Positions 38,782-48,476 of a DNA stretch of 64,000 nt are shown here, in pieces. The translations under genes and the position numbers were made by a program. The DNA is from a virus. The notes beneath the pieces are model-generated. The model was not told where the DNA came from, made no database searches, and saw only the letters and a list, made by a program, of their open reading frames with translations. The DNA is taken from IMG/VR virus record IMGVR_UViG_3300008227_000004. One strand, 5' to 3'. Position 1 is the first letter of the stretch; each line of letters starts with the position of its first letter.

Positions 38782-39228
38782 ATGTCATTATTATCACAAA
38801 TAGCTGCAGATCGATTGCAATTCCGTAAGGACCGAAATAAAGCTGCCGCAACAACATTAACAACACTGTACGGCGAAGCTGCCATCTTAGGTAAGAATGA
38901 TGGTAATCGTGAGTCAACTGACGATGAAGTTATGAAGGTTGTCAAGAAATTCATTAAGGGCGTTCGAGACAATCAAACATATCGTCCGCTGACTGATGCT
39001 GAAATAAATGAAGTTGCGTTGTACGAGCAATATATTCCAGCTACAATATCAGAAGAAGTGATTACTGAATTCGCGTCGGGATTGTTATCTAGTTTATCAT
39101 CATCGGAAATCTCCATGAAGTTGATGGGTAGAACGATGGGTGCGTTAAACAAAGCCTTTCCGGATCAAGTGGATGGACAAATCGCTGGACCTATCATCAA
39201 ACAGATAATACAGGAGAAAATGGGGTGA
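38782..39228 (+). CDS. GatB/YqeY-domain protein
   Basis: 148 aa; N-terminus MSLLSQIAADRLQFRKDRNKAA...TDDEVMKVVKKFIKGVRD matches the YqeY pattern. Confidence 0.45.
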   Translation: MSLLSQIAADRLQFRKDRNKAAATTLTTLYGEAAILGKNDGNRESTDDEVMKVVKKFIKGVRDNQTYRPLTDAEINEVALYEQYIPATISEEVITEFASGLLSSLSSSEISMKLMGRTMGALNKAFPDQVDGQIAGPIIKQIIQEKMG

Positions 39229-39509
39229 ATGAACTGTTAATGTATGCCTTTATATTTGAGAACAGAATGTATCGCGTAGCACTATCACACGACGATTTAA
39301 CGTCAATATCAAACGAATCACGTATCGCTAGAATGGTTGAACAATCGTTGTTGGTTGTTGATTTACAAACGAACCAAATCAAAGAATGTGGATTTGAACA
39401 TGATGCTGGAAGTATCACCACATCAAATCCATTGTATCATATTTTTATGAGCTTACCATTGATCACACTAAACGATTTAAAAGGCAGAGAGCCTCAACTG
39501 TACCTATGA
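39225..39509 (+). CDS. hypothetical protein
   Basis: 94 aa; overlap. Confidence 0.4.
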   Translation: MNELLMYAFIFENRMYRVALSHDDLTSISNESRIARMVEQSLLVVDLQTNQIKECGFEHDAGSITTSNPLYHIFMSLPLITLNDLKGREPQLYL

Positions 39510-39706
39510 GTGAACATTATAAAATAATTGAAGGTACGCCTTCGTATGTGGCTGATGTGTGTGAAGCGATGATTCAGCAAGGTTGGCAATGCAACGGTGC
39601 GTTGTCAGTGTTCTCTGTAGGGGAGCGTATTATCGCATTCCAAGGTATGGTTCACTCACCAACAAAGACAGAAAAATCAATACCAAGCTTGATGGAGCCA
39701 CAATGA
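39506..39706 (+). CDS. hypothetical protein
   Basis: 66 aa; ATGA overlap. Confidence 0.4.
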   Translation: MSEHYKIIEGTPSYVADVCEAMIQQGWQCNGALSVFSVGERIIAFQGMVHSPTKTEKSIPSLMEPQ

Positions 39707-40023
39707 AAAATCACACACAAGATGAGGTATCGTTCTTAGACTCTCGGATATCAAGCACCAACCGTGTTGTAAAAGATCAAGATGATGAGTTATTACTGAG
39801 CCATGGATGGGAGTTTGCAGGATTGGGTTTATTTTCACACCCAGTGTTGAGTGGAGCTCGCAAACAAACGTGTTTTACGAAAGAACAAGCACTACTAAAC
39901 AACCACAAAGTAATCGGCAAATGTCCGATGTGTGGCATGTGCGAAGATACAGACTGCTGTCCACCGGCCGAATGTAAATGTTTATATGGTATAAATTTTA
40001 AATTACAAGGTAACCAACAATGA
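39703..40023 (+). CDS. Cys-rich hypothetical protein (start at ATG overlapping upstream stop; track ORF begins 39583)
   Basis: 106 aa; CPMCGMCEDTDCCPPAECKC cluster. Confidence 0.45.
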   Translation: MKNHTQDEVSFLDSRISSTNRVVKDQDDELLLSHGWEFAGLGLFSHPVLSGARKQTCFTKEQALLNNHKVIGKCPMCGMCEDTDCCPPAECKCLYGINFKLQGNQQ

Positions 40024-40463
40024 TTAACGAGATACATAAAGATATCACAACTGCAACAACTGGAATCGTAGCGCACGGTGTAAACTGTCAGAAAAAAATG
40101 GGATCAGGTGTTGCATTAGCAATTAAAAACAAATGGCCCATCATATACGAAGTATATATGGACAGTAAATCAACTTTAGGAATGGTGGATACCATTGAAG
40201 TTGGTGATCTATTATATGTTGCCAATTGTTATACTCAAGATGAGTGTGGTACAGATCAAAAGAAATATGCGTCACCCAGTGCAATCAGAACAGCACTTAT
40301 GAGTGTTTATGAGTTTGCTGAACAATATGGTATTGACGTACAATTGCCGAAAATCGGATCAGATCGTGGTGGTTTGGATTGGGATACAGAAGTGTTTCCT
40401 ATTATTCAAATGCTCGATGGTGTATTCGATACAGTAACAACAAATATACATTTATGGGACTAA
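40020..40463 (+). CDS. macro-domain-like protein (ADP-ribose binding/hydrolase fold)
   Basis: 147 aa; GIVAHGVNCQKKMGSGVALAI resembles the macro VNAAN...GGGVxGAI motif; later LPKIGSDRGGLDWD resembles the macro FPxISTGxYG segment. Confidence 0.45.
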   Translation: MINEIHKDITTATTGIVAHGVNCQKKMGSGVALAIKNKWPIIYEVYMDSKSTLGMVDTIEVGDLLYVANCYTQDECGTDQKKYASPSAIRTALMSVYEFAEQYGIDVQLPKIGSDRGGLDWDTEVFPIIQMLDGVFDTVTTNIHLWD

Positions 40464-40467
40464 AATC

Positions 40468-40659
40468 ATGAACAACGACATAGATCAAATGTCTGGGGCA
40501 ACTCAGTACTACGCAGCAAAAATTAACGGACAACTAATGGGTGGACAGTTTTTATCTGAATCCATCGCATCCGACCACGGATCGAAAATGTGCAAGGAAG
40601 GGGACCAAATGGTAATCGTTCCTGTAACATCATCTGGTCAAGAAATTTTACTAGGATAG
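40468..40659 (+). CDS. hypothetical protein
   Basis: 63 aa. Confidence 0.35.
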   Translation: MNNDIDQMSGATQYYAAKINGQLMGGQFLSESIASDHGSKMCKEGDQMVIVPVTSSGQEILLG

Positions 40660-40661
40660 TA

Positions 40662-40928
40662 ATGGAGCTATCATCAATTATGAGTGCAATGCCAATGGAT
40701 TGGCGGTACAGATGGTGCGAATCGGGTGCGTGTGGATGTCTTGGTTGTGCCAATGCCAGTGGTGGTGTTGGTGCAGCTGGATACTCAAAACAAGACTGGG
40801 AAGGGTGGGTTACGGATAACCCAAATCCAACTTCTAACAATCCCCAACCATACATACATCATGATTTACAAAATTACCTCATACTCAACGGAGAATTAAA
40901 CGTATGCAAGGACGAAACGAATTCCTAA
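40662..40928 (+). CDS. Cys/Gly-rich hypothetical protein (internal ATG of track ORF 40590)
   Basis: 88 aa. Confidence 0.35.
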   Translation: MELSSIMSAMPMDWRYRWCESGACGCLGCANASGGVGAAGYSKQDWEGWVTDNPNPTSNNPQPYIHHDLQNYLILNGELNVCKDETNS

Positions 40929-41125
40929 TCCATGTTTTGGAACTAACCGACGAACTATTACTAGCGTTGGAGGAGCGAGAAGAAATCGAACCCGACATCA
41001 ATATAGCTAGAGAAGCAGCAGAAGTTTTACGGGACGAACTTCGAGCATTGTGATAAATACTACACCAAGTATATAAACTTACGATGCCTTCATTGTTATT
41101 GCCGAGCATTAACACGAACAACAAA

Positions 41126-41168
41126 AACTTCACGTGGAAGCAGATAATGTTACCACGTGAAGTTTTTT
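41126..41168 (+). terminator. rho-independent terminator
   Basis: 12-bp stem AACTTCACGTGG/CCACGTGAAGTT with T-run. Confidence 0.6.
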
Positions 41169-41234
41169 CGTTATATTTGGGTTAATAAATCGAGACCAAC
41201 GCTCCAATTGAGCGATAAATCAAGGACAATACCA

Positions 41235-41609
41235 ATGGACAATGAATCACTATCTTTCAAGCAATTTTTAATCGAATATGATCACAGCGACTTACAACTT
41301 CGCCACGATCTCAACAAACAAAAAGCTGACAAACAATCAATTACCCAAGATTCAGCTAACTTCCAACGCAAAATGGATGCAGATCACGCCAAACAAACTG
41401 GGACACAATCACAAGACGGTGAACCAAATAAAGGTGATGTTCTTCACTCCCCTAGTGGTAAACAATTTCAAGTTATTGCTAGAAACAACGACGGGTTTCG
41501 AGTTCGCGAATTGGGTGGCGATCGCAAAGAAGGAACACTACCCCATGGTAGAAAATATACCGCTGTCGGAAAAACACCACTTAACAAGACCATATTTAAA
41601 ATCGCATGA
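41235..41609 (+). CDS. hypothetical protein (start moved downstream of the terminator)
   Basis: 124 aa; AAGGA RBS 9 nt upstream of the ATG at 41235. Confidence 0.5.
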   Translation: MDNESLSFKQFLIEYDHSDLQLRHDLNKQKADKQSITQDSANFQRKMDADHAKQTGTQSQDGEPNKGDVLHSPSGKQFQVIARNNDGFRVRELGGDRKEGTLPHGRKYTAVGKTPLNKTIFKIA

Positions 41610-42097
41610 TGAAACATTTAATATTAATCGCTATACTTTTCGGGATTACCCACACAGCGCAAGCTGATAGTGGAGAGCTGATTCTACCCATTATTCGGGT
41701 GTATGATGGAGACACCATTGTAACAAATTTATCGTTACCAGCACCACTGAATAAAGTTAGTGTCCGTATACGCGGAATCGATACTCCAGAAAATCCAGCT
41801 GCCAGTTATGTGGTCACCGGAAAGCTAGGACGAGCAAAGTGCAGACTGGAAGCTAAGCGAGCAAGAGCGGCTACAGCGTATCTGCGATTACTACACTCCA
41901 GACATGGCGGAACAATGACAGTAAAAAACCTTGAATATGGTGCTTACGCTGGTAGAATTGTTGGTGATGTGTATATTGGTGGTGTAAATGTTGGTCAACG
42001 GATGTTGGAGAGGGGATACGCTGTTCCATACGATGGTAAATCAAAACGGAACAATGATTGGTGTGTGCCTGATGTTGATATCCACCGTAAAAGGTAG
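41606..42097 (+). CDS. secreted thermonuclease (SNase-like)
   Basis: 163 aa; signal peptide; SNc motif VYDGDTIV...VRIRGIDTPE. Confidence 0.65.
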   Translation: MMKHLILIAILFGITHTAQADSGELILPIIRVYDGDTIVTNLSLPAPLNKVSVRIRGIDTPENPAASYVVTGKLGRAKCRLEAKRARAATAYLRLLHSRHGGTMTVKNLEYGAYAGRIVGDVYIGGVNVGQRMLERGYAVPYDGKSKRNNDWCVPDVDIHRKR

Positions 42098-42136
42098 TAT
42101 CATCACAAAATTACAACCACACACGAGAATTAAATA

Positions 42137-43231
42137 ATGTTAATATATGTAGTTGGTGGTGCCGTTAGAGACACCTTACTAAACCAACCAGTAAACGATA
42201 TCGATTATGTTGTTGTCGGTTCAACGCCCGAAGAGATGGAGTCGTTAGGCTACAAGCAAGTTGGAGCGGACTTTCCCGTATTCTTATGCCCCAATGGCGA
42301 TGAATACGCATTAGCTAGAACCGAGCGGAAAAACGGTAACGGTTACAATGGGTTCGAAACGAACTTCAATCCCACCGTTACCTTAGCCGAAGATCTACTA
42401 CGCCGTGACCTAACTATTAACTCAATGGCAGTATTGCTATCTGATTGGGATCAGTTCAAAACAACACATGATGTTACCAAAGTGATCGATCCATGTGGTG
42501 GGTTGCAAGATCTTGTTAACAAAACACTAAAACACACATCCGAGCATTTCGCGGATGATCCAGTACGATTGTTGCGAATAGCTAGATTCAACGCTAAGTA
42601 TGGGTTCAATGTAACCAGACAAACAATGCAATTGATGACAACAATGACCACAAACGGTGAAGTGGATCATTTGGTACCCGAACGTGTGTGGGCTGAAACA
42701 GCTAAAGCAATCGAGCTACCAAATGCAATGGAGTTTTTTTGGATACTCCATCGATGTGGAGCATTGAATGTTATCATACCAGGGCTAACAAAAACTCTGG
42801 TAGCAAATGGAAAATCGTTTAGATCGGCAACACTCAGAAATTGCAGCACCGCCATCCGAATGATGATATTATTTGGACCGATGCTGGATGCTTCTGACGC
42901 ATTAACAAAGCTACGAGCACCATCATCAGTAATCAGAGATGTGCTAGCATTTCAACATGCTATGCAATTGGTGAGCAACGATGTAACACCAGAGGCTGTA
43001 TTGGGATTTTTAAAAACAATAAAAACTTCTGAATTGCTCTACGATATTTCAACCGCCATTAGTGTAGTGAATCCATCAGGGGCGTTGATATACGATCGCG
43101 TTATACAAGGACACAACCTCATCAGATTTATATCGTTTCGTTCGCTACCGGCCAATCATACGTTGGAAGGTAAGCAAATTGGTGTAGCAATCGATAATCT
43201 TCGCATCGCAGTTATTGCTGACCTATTATGA
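42137..43231 (+). CDS. cca: tRNA nucleotidyltransferase (CCA-adding enzyme)
   Basis: 364 aa; VGGAVRDTLLNQPVNDIDYVV and RRDLTINSMA are class II CCA/poly(A) polymerase head motifs. Confidence 0.8.
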   Translation: MLIYVVGGAVRDTLLNQPVNDIDYVVVGSTPEEMESLGYKQVGADFPVFLCPNGDEYALARTERKNGNGYNGFETNFNPTVTLAEDLLRRDLTINSMAVLLSDWDQFKTTHDVTKVIDPCGGLQDLVNKTLKHTSEHFADDPVRLLRIARFNAKYGFNVTRQTMQLMTTMTTNGEVDHLVPERVWAETAKAIELPNAMEFFWILHRCGALNVIIPGLTKTLVANGKSFRSATLRNCSTAIRMMILFGPMLDASDALTKLRAPSSVIRDVLAFQHAMQLVSNDVTPEAVLGFLKTIKTSELLYDISTAISVVNPSGALIYDRVIQGHNLIRFISFRSLPANHTLEGKQIGVAIDNLRIAVIADLL

Positions 43232-43479
43232 CTACATCAAACGCAAAAGTAACAAAAGCATTATCAGAGTTGGGGCTTCGACAAGAAGCTCCACTTACTG
43301 CCGAACAAGAAGCAGTATTCAAACGGGCTACCGATTCTGATGAAGCCTATCTATATCAAGTAGAGCAGCTATTTCAACAACCAGAAAAAGAATAGGTTGA
43401 TATATCTAAGTTCCATAGTATAATATGGTTAACATCTTATGTAAGATGTAATTTTAATTTTAACTTTGGAGATTTACAT

Positions 43480-44979
43480 ATGTCATTATTTTTAACGATA
43501 GTTTGTTTTGCGGCTATCATTGGTGTTTCCGTCTGGAAACGCATCCACAACAACAACTTAGCGAAAATGCGAGCTACTGGCAAAGAGCGGGGGTACGATG
43601 ACGAAAAAATCGAAGCCTTGTTGGAATCAGAAGTGTTTCCGCTACCAGCCTGGTCTGGTTCAGCGTTATTTGGTTTGGGTTCACTTTCATTATCAGTTTT
43701 CGTATTCAACTTCATGTTGTTTTATGCTCAACCGACACATATGTATCACGTAAGAACAATGTTCAACCAGGAACGTGTGGTTGATGGTATTGGGTGGTCG
43801 TATTATGGTGGTGGTCAGATTGAACCTTGGAAAAAAGCTGTATCTGTTCAAGCAGCTAACAACACTGGTGCTGGCAATGCAGATCAAATTTCACAAAACG
43901 AAAATGCTATTAGTGCCAACTTACTACCACAAAATATCGTATTCTTGGACAACGTAGATGCTGATGCTTCCGCTTCTGTACGTTTTAGACTACCAACCGA
44001 TAAAGAAACATTTTTGCATTTAGCACACGAATATCGAAACCCAGCTAACTTCTTACGTACTGCACTAATTCCTGCATTTAAAGAGACGTTGCAAGCTACC
44101 GCATCATTAATGAGTGCCGAAGAATACTTTGCTGGTGCTCGTACAGAATTCGCTACCGAGTTCGAAAACCAAATGAATAACGGTATATACTTGGTTCGTC
44201 GTGAAGAGTTCGTTGTTGCTGATAAAACACAATCAACCAAAAGTTCCGCAAACGCATCTAAAGGTGACAAGCAAGACGATTACGAAGATAACAAAAAAGT
44301 CATTTTCAAAGTTGTTAAGGTTATGGAAGCTGATGGTGTGACACCAGTTCGTAAGAAACAAGCGTTTACCAATTATGGTGTGTCTGTTATCGAAGCTCGT
44401 ATTCCCAACATGGATCCTAATAGTGAGTTTATCACTCGAATGCAGAAAAAACAAAAAGCTTCTGCTGACCGTGCCATCGCTCGTGAGAGTCGAATCCAAG
44501 AAGAAGAACAGAAGTTGTTAGCAATCGCCAAAGGTGATCGCGAAGTAGCTGAAAGACAAGCTGTTTGGAGAGCTGATCAAATCGAACAAACAACTAAAGC
44601 GGAAACAGCTAAACAGCTAACAATCACAGTTGCCAACCAATTAAAAGAACAAGCGGAAATCGACAAGAAAACTGCTGACATCTTACTTGAAAAGGCACAG
44701 GTGGACGCTAAAGCGACAGTTGTTACTGCTCAAGCGGAAGCAAAGAGTCGTAAGCTTAAAATCTTAGCAGATAACGGGTTGAAGCTGAAAACAGATGCAA
44801 TCGTCCAAATGAATAAGGACAACGCAGAAGCATTCGCCAAACGTAAAGTACCAACAACAGTAGTGTATAGTGGTAACGCCAAAGGACAACTTGGTAGTAG
44901 CAGTGATATGGACACAGTCGTAACCAGTCAAATGTTAAAGAACTTAAAAGCGCTTGACTTGGATATGTCAGTAAAGTAA
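43480..44979 (+). CDS. membrane protein, SPFH/band-7 (flotillin)-like with coiled-coil tail
   Basis: 499 aa; N-terminal TM; central region with SPFH-like pattern; long Ala/Lys/Glu coiled coil. Confidence 0.4.
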   Translation: MSLFLTIVCFAAIIGVSVWKRIHNNNLAKMRATGKERGYDDEKIEALLESEVFPLPAWSGSALFGLGSLSLSVFVFNFMLFYAQPTHMYHVRTMFNQERVVDGIGWSYYGGGQIEPWKKAVSVQAANNTGAGNADQISQNENAISANLLPQNIVFLDNVDADASASVRFRLPTDKETFLHLAHEYRNPANFLRTALIPAFKETLQATASLMSAEEYFAGARTEFATEFENQMNNGIYLVRREEFVVADKTQSTKSSANASKGDKQDDYEDNKKVIFKVVKVMEADGVTPVRKKQAFTNYGVSVIEARIPNMDPNSEFITRMQKKQKASADRAIARESRIQEEEQKLLAIAKGDREVAERQAVWRADQIEQTTKAETAKQLTITVANQLKEQAEIDKKTADILLEKAQVDAKATVVTAQAEAKSRKLKILADNGLKLKTDAIVQMNKDNAEAFAKRKVPTTVVYSGNAKGQLGSSSDMDTVVTSQMLKNLKALDLDMSVK

Positions 44980-45007
44980 CAATGGTGTAACCACCAGTAA
45001 CACAAAG

Positions 45008-45031
45008 AAGCCGGCTTATGTCGGTTTTTTT
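45008..45031 (+). terminator. rho-independent terminator
   Basis: AAGCCG-GCTTATGT-CGGTTT stem with T7 run after the 44979 stop. Confidence 0.45.
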
Positions 45032-45039
45032 GTGTTACC

Positions 45040-45047
45040 TATAAATA
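45040..45047 (+). promoter_or_regulatory. T4-type late promoter TATAAATA
   Basis: exact TATAAATA, then AAGGAG RBS and ATG at 45076. Confidence 0.5.
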
Positions 45048-45075
45048 CAAGCAAATACACAAGGAGAACTTGCAC

Positions 45076-45336
45076 ATGGCAGGCACAATCAATTATCTAT
45101 ACGATCCAAAGCAACTAGTGTGGGTTATCAAACCATCGATATGTAACACATACGAAGTGTTATCCGTAGAGGCTGGATCTATCATACAAGTGGGTTCTAC
45201 TACAAATGCGATTGAATCAACACTATCGTACGATGTACGTATCACTGGACAGGCAGGGGTAACAACATTTGTGGAAGCTGATGTATTCCCATCGCTAGCA
45301 GCAGCAACAACCGAATATGAGATTAGATTAACATGA
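45076..45336 (+). CDS. hypothetical late protein
   Basis: 86 aa; RBS AAGGAG 9 nt upstream. Confidence 0.55.
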   Translation: MAGTINYLYDPKQLVWVIKPSICNTYEVLSVEAGSIIQVGSTTNAIESTLSYDVRITGQAGVTTFVEADVFPSLAAATTEYEIRLT

Positions 45337-45875
45337 GACTATCCGAAATAAAACCATTAACAGAAGCAGCAAAAACAGTAGCACAATTAGAACAAGAATT
45401 GGGTGATGCACGATCAAAGTATTCCGCTTTCAGACGGGATAACAGCATCAAAAGCAAATCAGAAGTTCCACATCACCTACAAAATAAGTTCCGTGGATTC
45501 GTTGATAAGATCGCTGCAATTAACGAGCAAATAAAAATTGCAAAAGAAAATGCACAGGATAGTGGTGACAAAAGCACAACAAAAGACTTCAATCAAAAAT
45601 TAGCATCACGACACGATGACAAAGAAGCGTCCGATGCTCGTAAAGGGAAAGCTCTGAGTGCTGGTAGTGGTGCTGCAAAAGCTTGGGTTGAAAAGCAAGG
45701 TGGGTATGCTGGAGCTGGCAAAGAAATGGAGCGAATTGCTAAAGAACAGACTAACGATGGTCAAGAACCTTTCGATGCTCAAGAAATTGCTGATAAAATC
45801 GGCATCACCAAAGGTAGCGTATTACGCTGGATCAACACTCGTAAAGAGTTTTATGGTGTAAAAAAATACAAATAA
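45333..45875 (+). CDS. hypothetical protein (Lys/Ala-rich)
   Basis: 180 aa; ATGA overlap. Confidence 0.5.
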   Translation: MRLSEIKPLTEAAKTVAQLEQELGDARSKYSAFRRDNSIKSKSEVPHHLQNKFRGFVDKIAAINEQIKIAKENAQDSGDKSTTKDFNQKLASRHDDKEASDARKGKALSAGSGAAKAWVEKQGGYAGAGKEMERIAKEQTNDGQEPFDAQEIADKIGITKGSVLRWINTRKEFYGVKKYK

Positions 45876-46057
45876 TTGTTGCCCTTTAGGGGACCAGCAT
45901 ATATACTTACATCTTTAACACTTTTTGAGACTATTATGAAAACAATTAAGAACACCACAACGAATACCGCGAATGCAGTGGCAATTAATATTGCCACAAA
46001 GCACGAGTGGGCTGAGTTTGGATTTTAATTGTAGTAATAACTAGTTTTAAAATAAAA

Positions 46058-46091
46058 AACCTCAGCTCAGAAATGACCTGGGGTTTTTTTA
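46058..46091 (+). terminator. rho-independent terminator
   Basis: CCTCAG...CTGGGG stem followed by T7. Confidence 0.5.
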
Positions 46092-46164
46092 TGCTCTTTA
46101 AAAATGTGGATTGAAATAAAAAACGAAGTATAGTATAATATGTTTTTTTGATAGGAAACAGATT

Positions 46165-46515
46165 ATGGCACTTCGGATAACAGATCCAACACTGATGGTA
46201 CTCAAAGAAAAAGATTACCCAGCATATTTTTTGCTGCGGGGTAACGAAGATTACTTTAAGGTGTTGGCTCAAATTGCGACCGAACGAGTCAAGCAAGGTT
46301 ACTGGTATGAAAAGAAACCAGCCAAAGCCCAAACTGACTTATTCGCGGACAATAGTTCTCAACATGACAGAATCGAAGCTATTTTAAAAATGGATAGGTC
46401 CACCAAACAATTCAGAACCGAAATACACCACTTTATGCAAGATCGGATGTATGATGGTTACGAATATGAAGGGTGGGAATTTGAACGATTTGAAACAATA
46501 AAAGAGCAAAAATGA
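46165..46515 (+). CDS. hypothetical protein
   Basis: 116 aa; RBS-like GGAAACAG. Confidence 0.5.
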   Translation: MALRITDPTLMVLKEKDYPAYFLLRGNEDYFKVLAQIATERVKQGYWYEKKPAKAQTDLFADNSSQHDRIEAILKMDRSTKQFRTEIHHFMQDRMYDGYEYEGWEFERFETIKEQK

Positions 46516-46991
46516 TTAATATAGAAAAAGGTAGTATCTGGTATCGATTGGCACTGTATGGAGTCTTCTTTGAGGAAATACACATGACATCAAATTTATG
46601 CCCATTCATGCGACGTGTGATGTTTGGGGTGGTCTTAATTGCTGGATATGTGTTCCTTGGATCCTTGGTTACGATGTGCATCGGTACACCACCACTACAA
46701 GTGATGATGGCTATTATGCATGGCGGTGAGTATATCATCCCCAACTTAGCGATGGTTATTGGATCAGCAATCTGGATAACAGGCGCACTTATAGTTGTGT
46801 TTTGGTTTTTTGCTGATACAGAAAGTGGTGAAGCAATACGAGCAACTGTTAACAAAGCTTATGATAAGCTTGACATGGACGACTGGATTATAGTACAATA
46901 CTATCAAGCCATTCACGATAAAATATGTCCACAATTAAACTTTGGTGGTAGCATCGAAGATGGACACATTAAAGCACTAAATGAGGAATAG
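46512..46991 (+). CDS. multi-TM membrane protein
   Basis: 159 aa; ATGA overlap. Confidence 0.5.
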   Translation: MINIEKGSIWYRLALYGVFFEEIHMTSNLCPFMRRVMFGVVLIAGYVFLGSLVTMCIGTPPLQVMMAIMHGGEYIIPNLAMVIGSAIWITGALIVVFWFFADTESGEAIRATVNKAYDKLDMDDWIIVQYYQAIHDKICPQLNFGGSIEDGHIKALNEE

Positions 46992-47109
46992 ATGGATTTA
47001 ACTTGGATATACGTTTTTGGAATAGTTTTATTTGCTGGCTCTGTCGCACTGTGCCTAGGTATAATAACCTATAAAGTGCGGAGAGACAAAGCAAGTTGGA
47101 AGTAATATT

Positions 47110-47186
47110 GGGGTTGTAGCTCAGCTGGAACGAGCATCTGCCTTGCAAGTAGAGGGTCGGGGGTTCGAATCCCCCCAGCTCCACCA
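47110..47186 (+). tRNA. tRNA-Ala (anticodon UGC)
   Basis: cloverleaf: acceptor GGGGTTG/CAGCTCC, D-arm GCTCAGCTGGAACGAGC, anticodon loop CTTGCAA, T-arm GGGGGTTCGAATCCCCC, CCA encoded. Confidence 0.8.
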
Positions 47187-47622
47187 ATAAGAACAACATG
47201 CACGAGGATGGGTTGATGATGTGTAACACGCGGTCAACTTAAAGGAGCCTAGATCGTAGCCTAAGCTACTACGAACATTCCCACCGCAACCTTGTGCGGA
47301 AGATAGACGCAACCTTTTATAGTAAGGATTATAAGGCAGGTTAGTACGCCTGTGGCATCGCAAGTACTCGAGTGAAGTCTGAAAGGTGTTTTACCGTGCC
47401 AAACACTCGTTAATCAAAGTCGGAAACGGTTTTCACTATATACGGATATATGAAAAAGAAAATACGGATAATTTCAAAAATAAACAAGCAACACAGACGA
47501 GTAATCGAACATGGTGTTGCGGAATGTGGTTCCATAATCGTTATGAAAAAGGAACCTTTAAGCTCACTACATCCTAACCTACATTTTGATAATGACGGTT
47601 GGTATATGTGGTGTGATAATAA

Positions 47623-47695
47623 GCCTTAGTAGCTCCAATGGTAGAGCTCTAATTTCGTAATTTAGATGTTGCTGGTTCGACTCCAGTCTAAGGCT
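47623..47695 (+). tRNA. tRNA (anticodon CGU, Thr by rule)
   Basis: acceptor GCCTTAG/CTAAGGC perfect; D-arm GCTCCAATGGTAGAGC; T-arm GCTGGTTCGACTCCAGT; anticodon loop TTCGTAA. Confidence 0.65.
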
Positions 47696-47699
47696 CACA

Positions 47700-48158
47700 A
47701 TGGATTTGTATTTGTGGGTGATGGTTCGACTCGTAAATATGGGCATGAAAAAATGTACTAAGTGTGATAGTGATAAACCGTTAACTGAATTCTACAAAGC
47801 TGTTAGAATGAAGGATGGGTACCAATCTAGTTGTAAATCGTGTGCTGATGTAAGCACCAAAGGATCCAGGGCTAAAAACCCAAAGAAATATCACAACATG
47901 CGATATTCGTATGCAAAACAACGCCAGGCATACATAACGTCGTTGAAGATGCAATCAGGGTGTGTGTGTTGTGGTGAAGATGAATTGTGTTGCTTAGATT
48001 TCCACCACTTAGATCCGACACAAAAAAAATTCAACATTAGCAGCGCTGCCACGAAATGTGGATGGGGGGTGTTACTGGAAGAAATACAAAAGTGTGTTAT
48101 CGTGTGTGCTAATTGCCACAGAAAGATACACAACAATTTAATAACAATAAGCTCTTGA
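47700..48158 (+). CDS. HNH endonuclease embedded in the tRNA cluster
   Basis: 152 aa; zinc-finger CTKCDS...CKSC and HNH core CVCCGEDELCCLDFHHLDP...CANCHRKIH; its stop overlaps the next tRNA 5-prime end. Confidence 0.65.
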   Translation: MDLYLWVMVRLVNMGMKKCTKCDSDKPLTEFYKAVRMKDGYQSSCKSCADVSTKGSRAKNPKKYHNMRYSYAKQRQAYITSLKMQSGCVCCGEDELCCLDFHHLDPTQKKFNISSAATKCGWGVLLEEIQKCVIVCANCHRKIHNNLITISS

Positions 48159-48227
48159 AGCATTTATCTGGATGATGTCAACTCTTGTAAAGTTGGGAAT
48201 ACGGTTCGATTCCGTACTGGAGCTCCA
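48151..48227 (+). tRNA. tRNA (anticodon UGU, Thr by rule) with atypical D-arm
   Basis: acceptor GCTCTTG/CTGGAGC (one mismatch); anticodon arm CAACT-CTTGTAA-AGTTG perfect; T-arm TACGGTTCGATTCCGTA; CCA encoded. Confidence 0.5.
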
Positions 48228-48242
48228 CAATAAGGAAGTAAC

Positions 48243-48476
48243 ATGACTTTTAGTATTAAAGATATTGTAAAAAATAATGTAGCTAACATGCTATACTATA
48301 GACACCAAGTAGTGTATTATAGTGTATTGGTTCCAGGTGAAAACATTGAGTATTCATTTCCGGTTCCATTGGATGATGTACAGGATGCTACCCTTCACCA
48401 CGAAGAGAAGGCAATACTGTTGATGAGATACATCCGCAAAGCTGTTAAAGATGGCACGTTCGTAAAGGTAATATAA
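48243..48476 (+). CDS. hypothetical protein
   Basis: 77 aa; RBS AAGGAAG upstream. Confidence 0.5.
   Translation: MTFSIKDIVKNNVANMLYYRHQVVYYSVLVPGENIEYSFPVPLDDVQDATLHHEEKAILLMRYIRKAVKDGTFVKVI

Noticed and set aside
47121-47577. Track ORFs 47121-47363 (-) and 47386-47577 (+) in the tRNA spacer
   Set aside because: The first is antisense to tRNA-Ala and has no RBS. The second has no RBS and an odd composition. Both more likely sit in a noncoding or structured RNA region.
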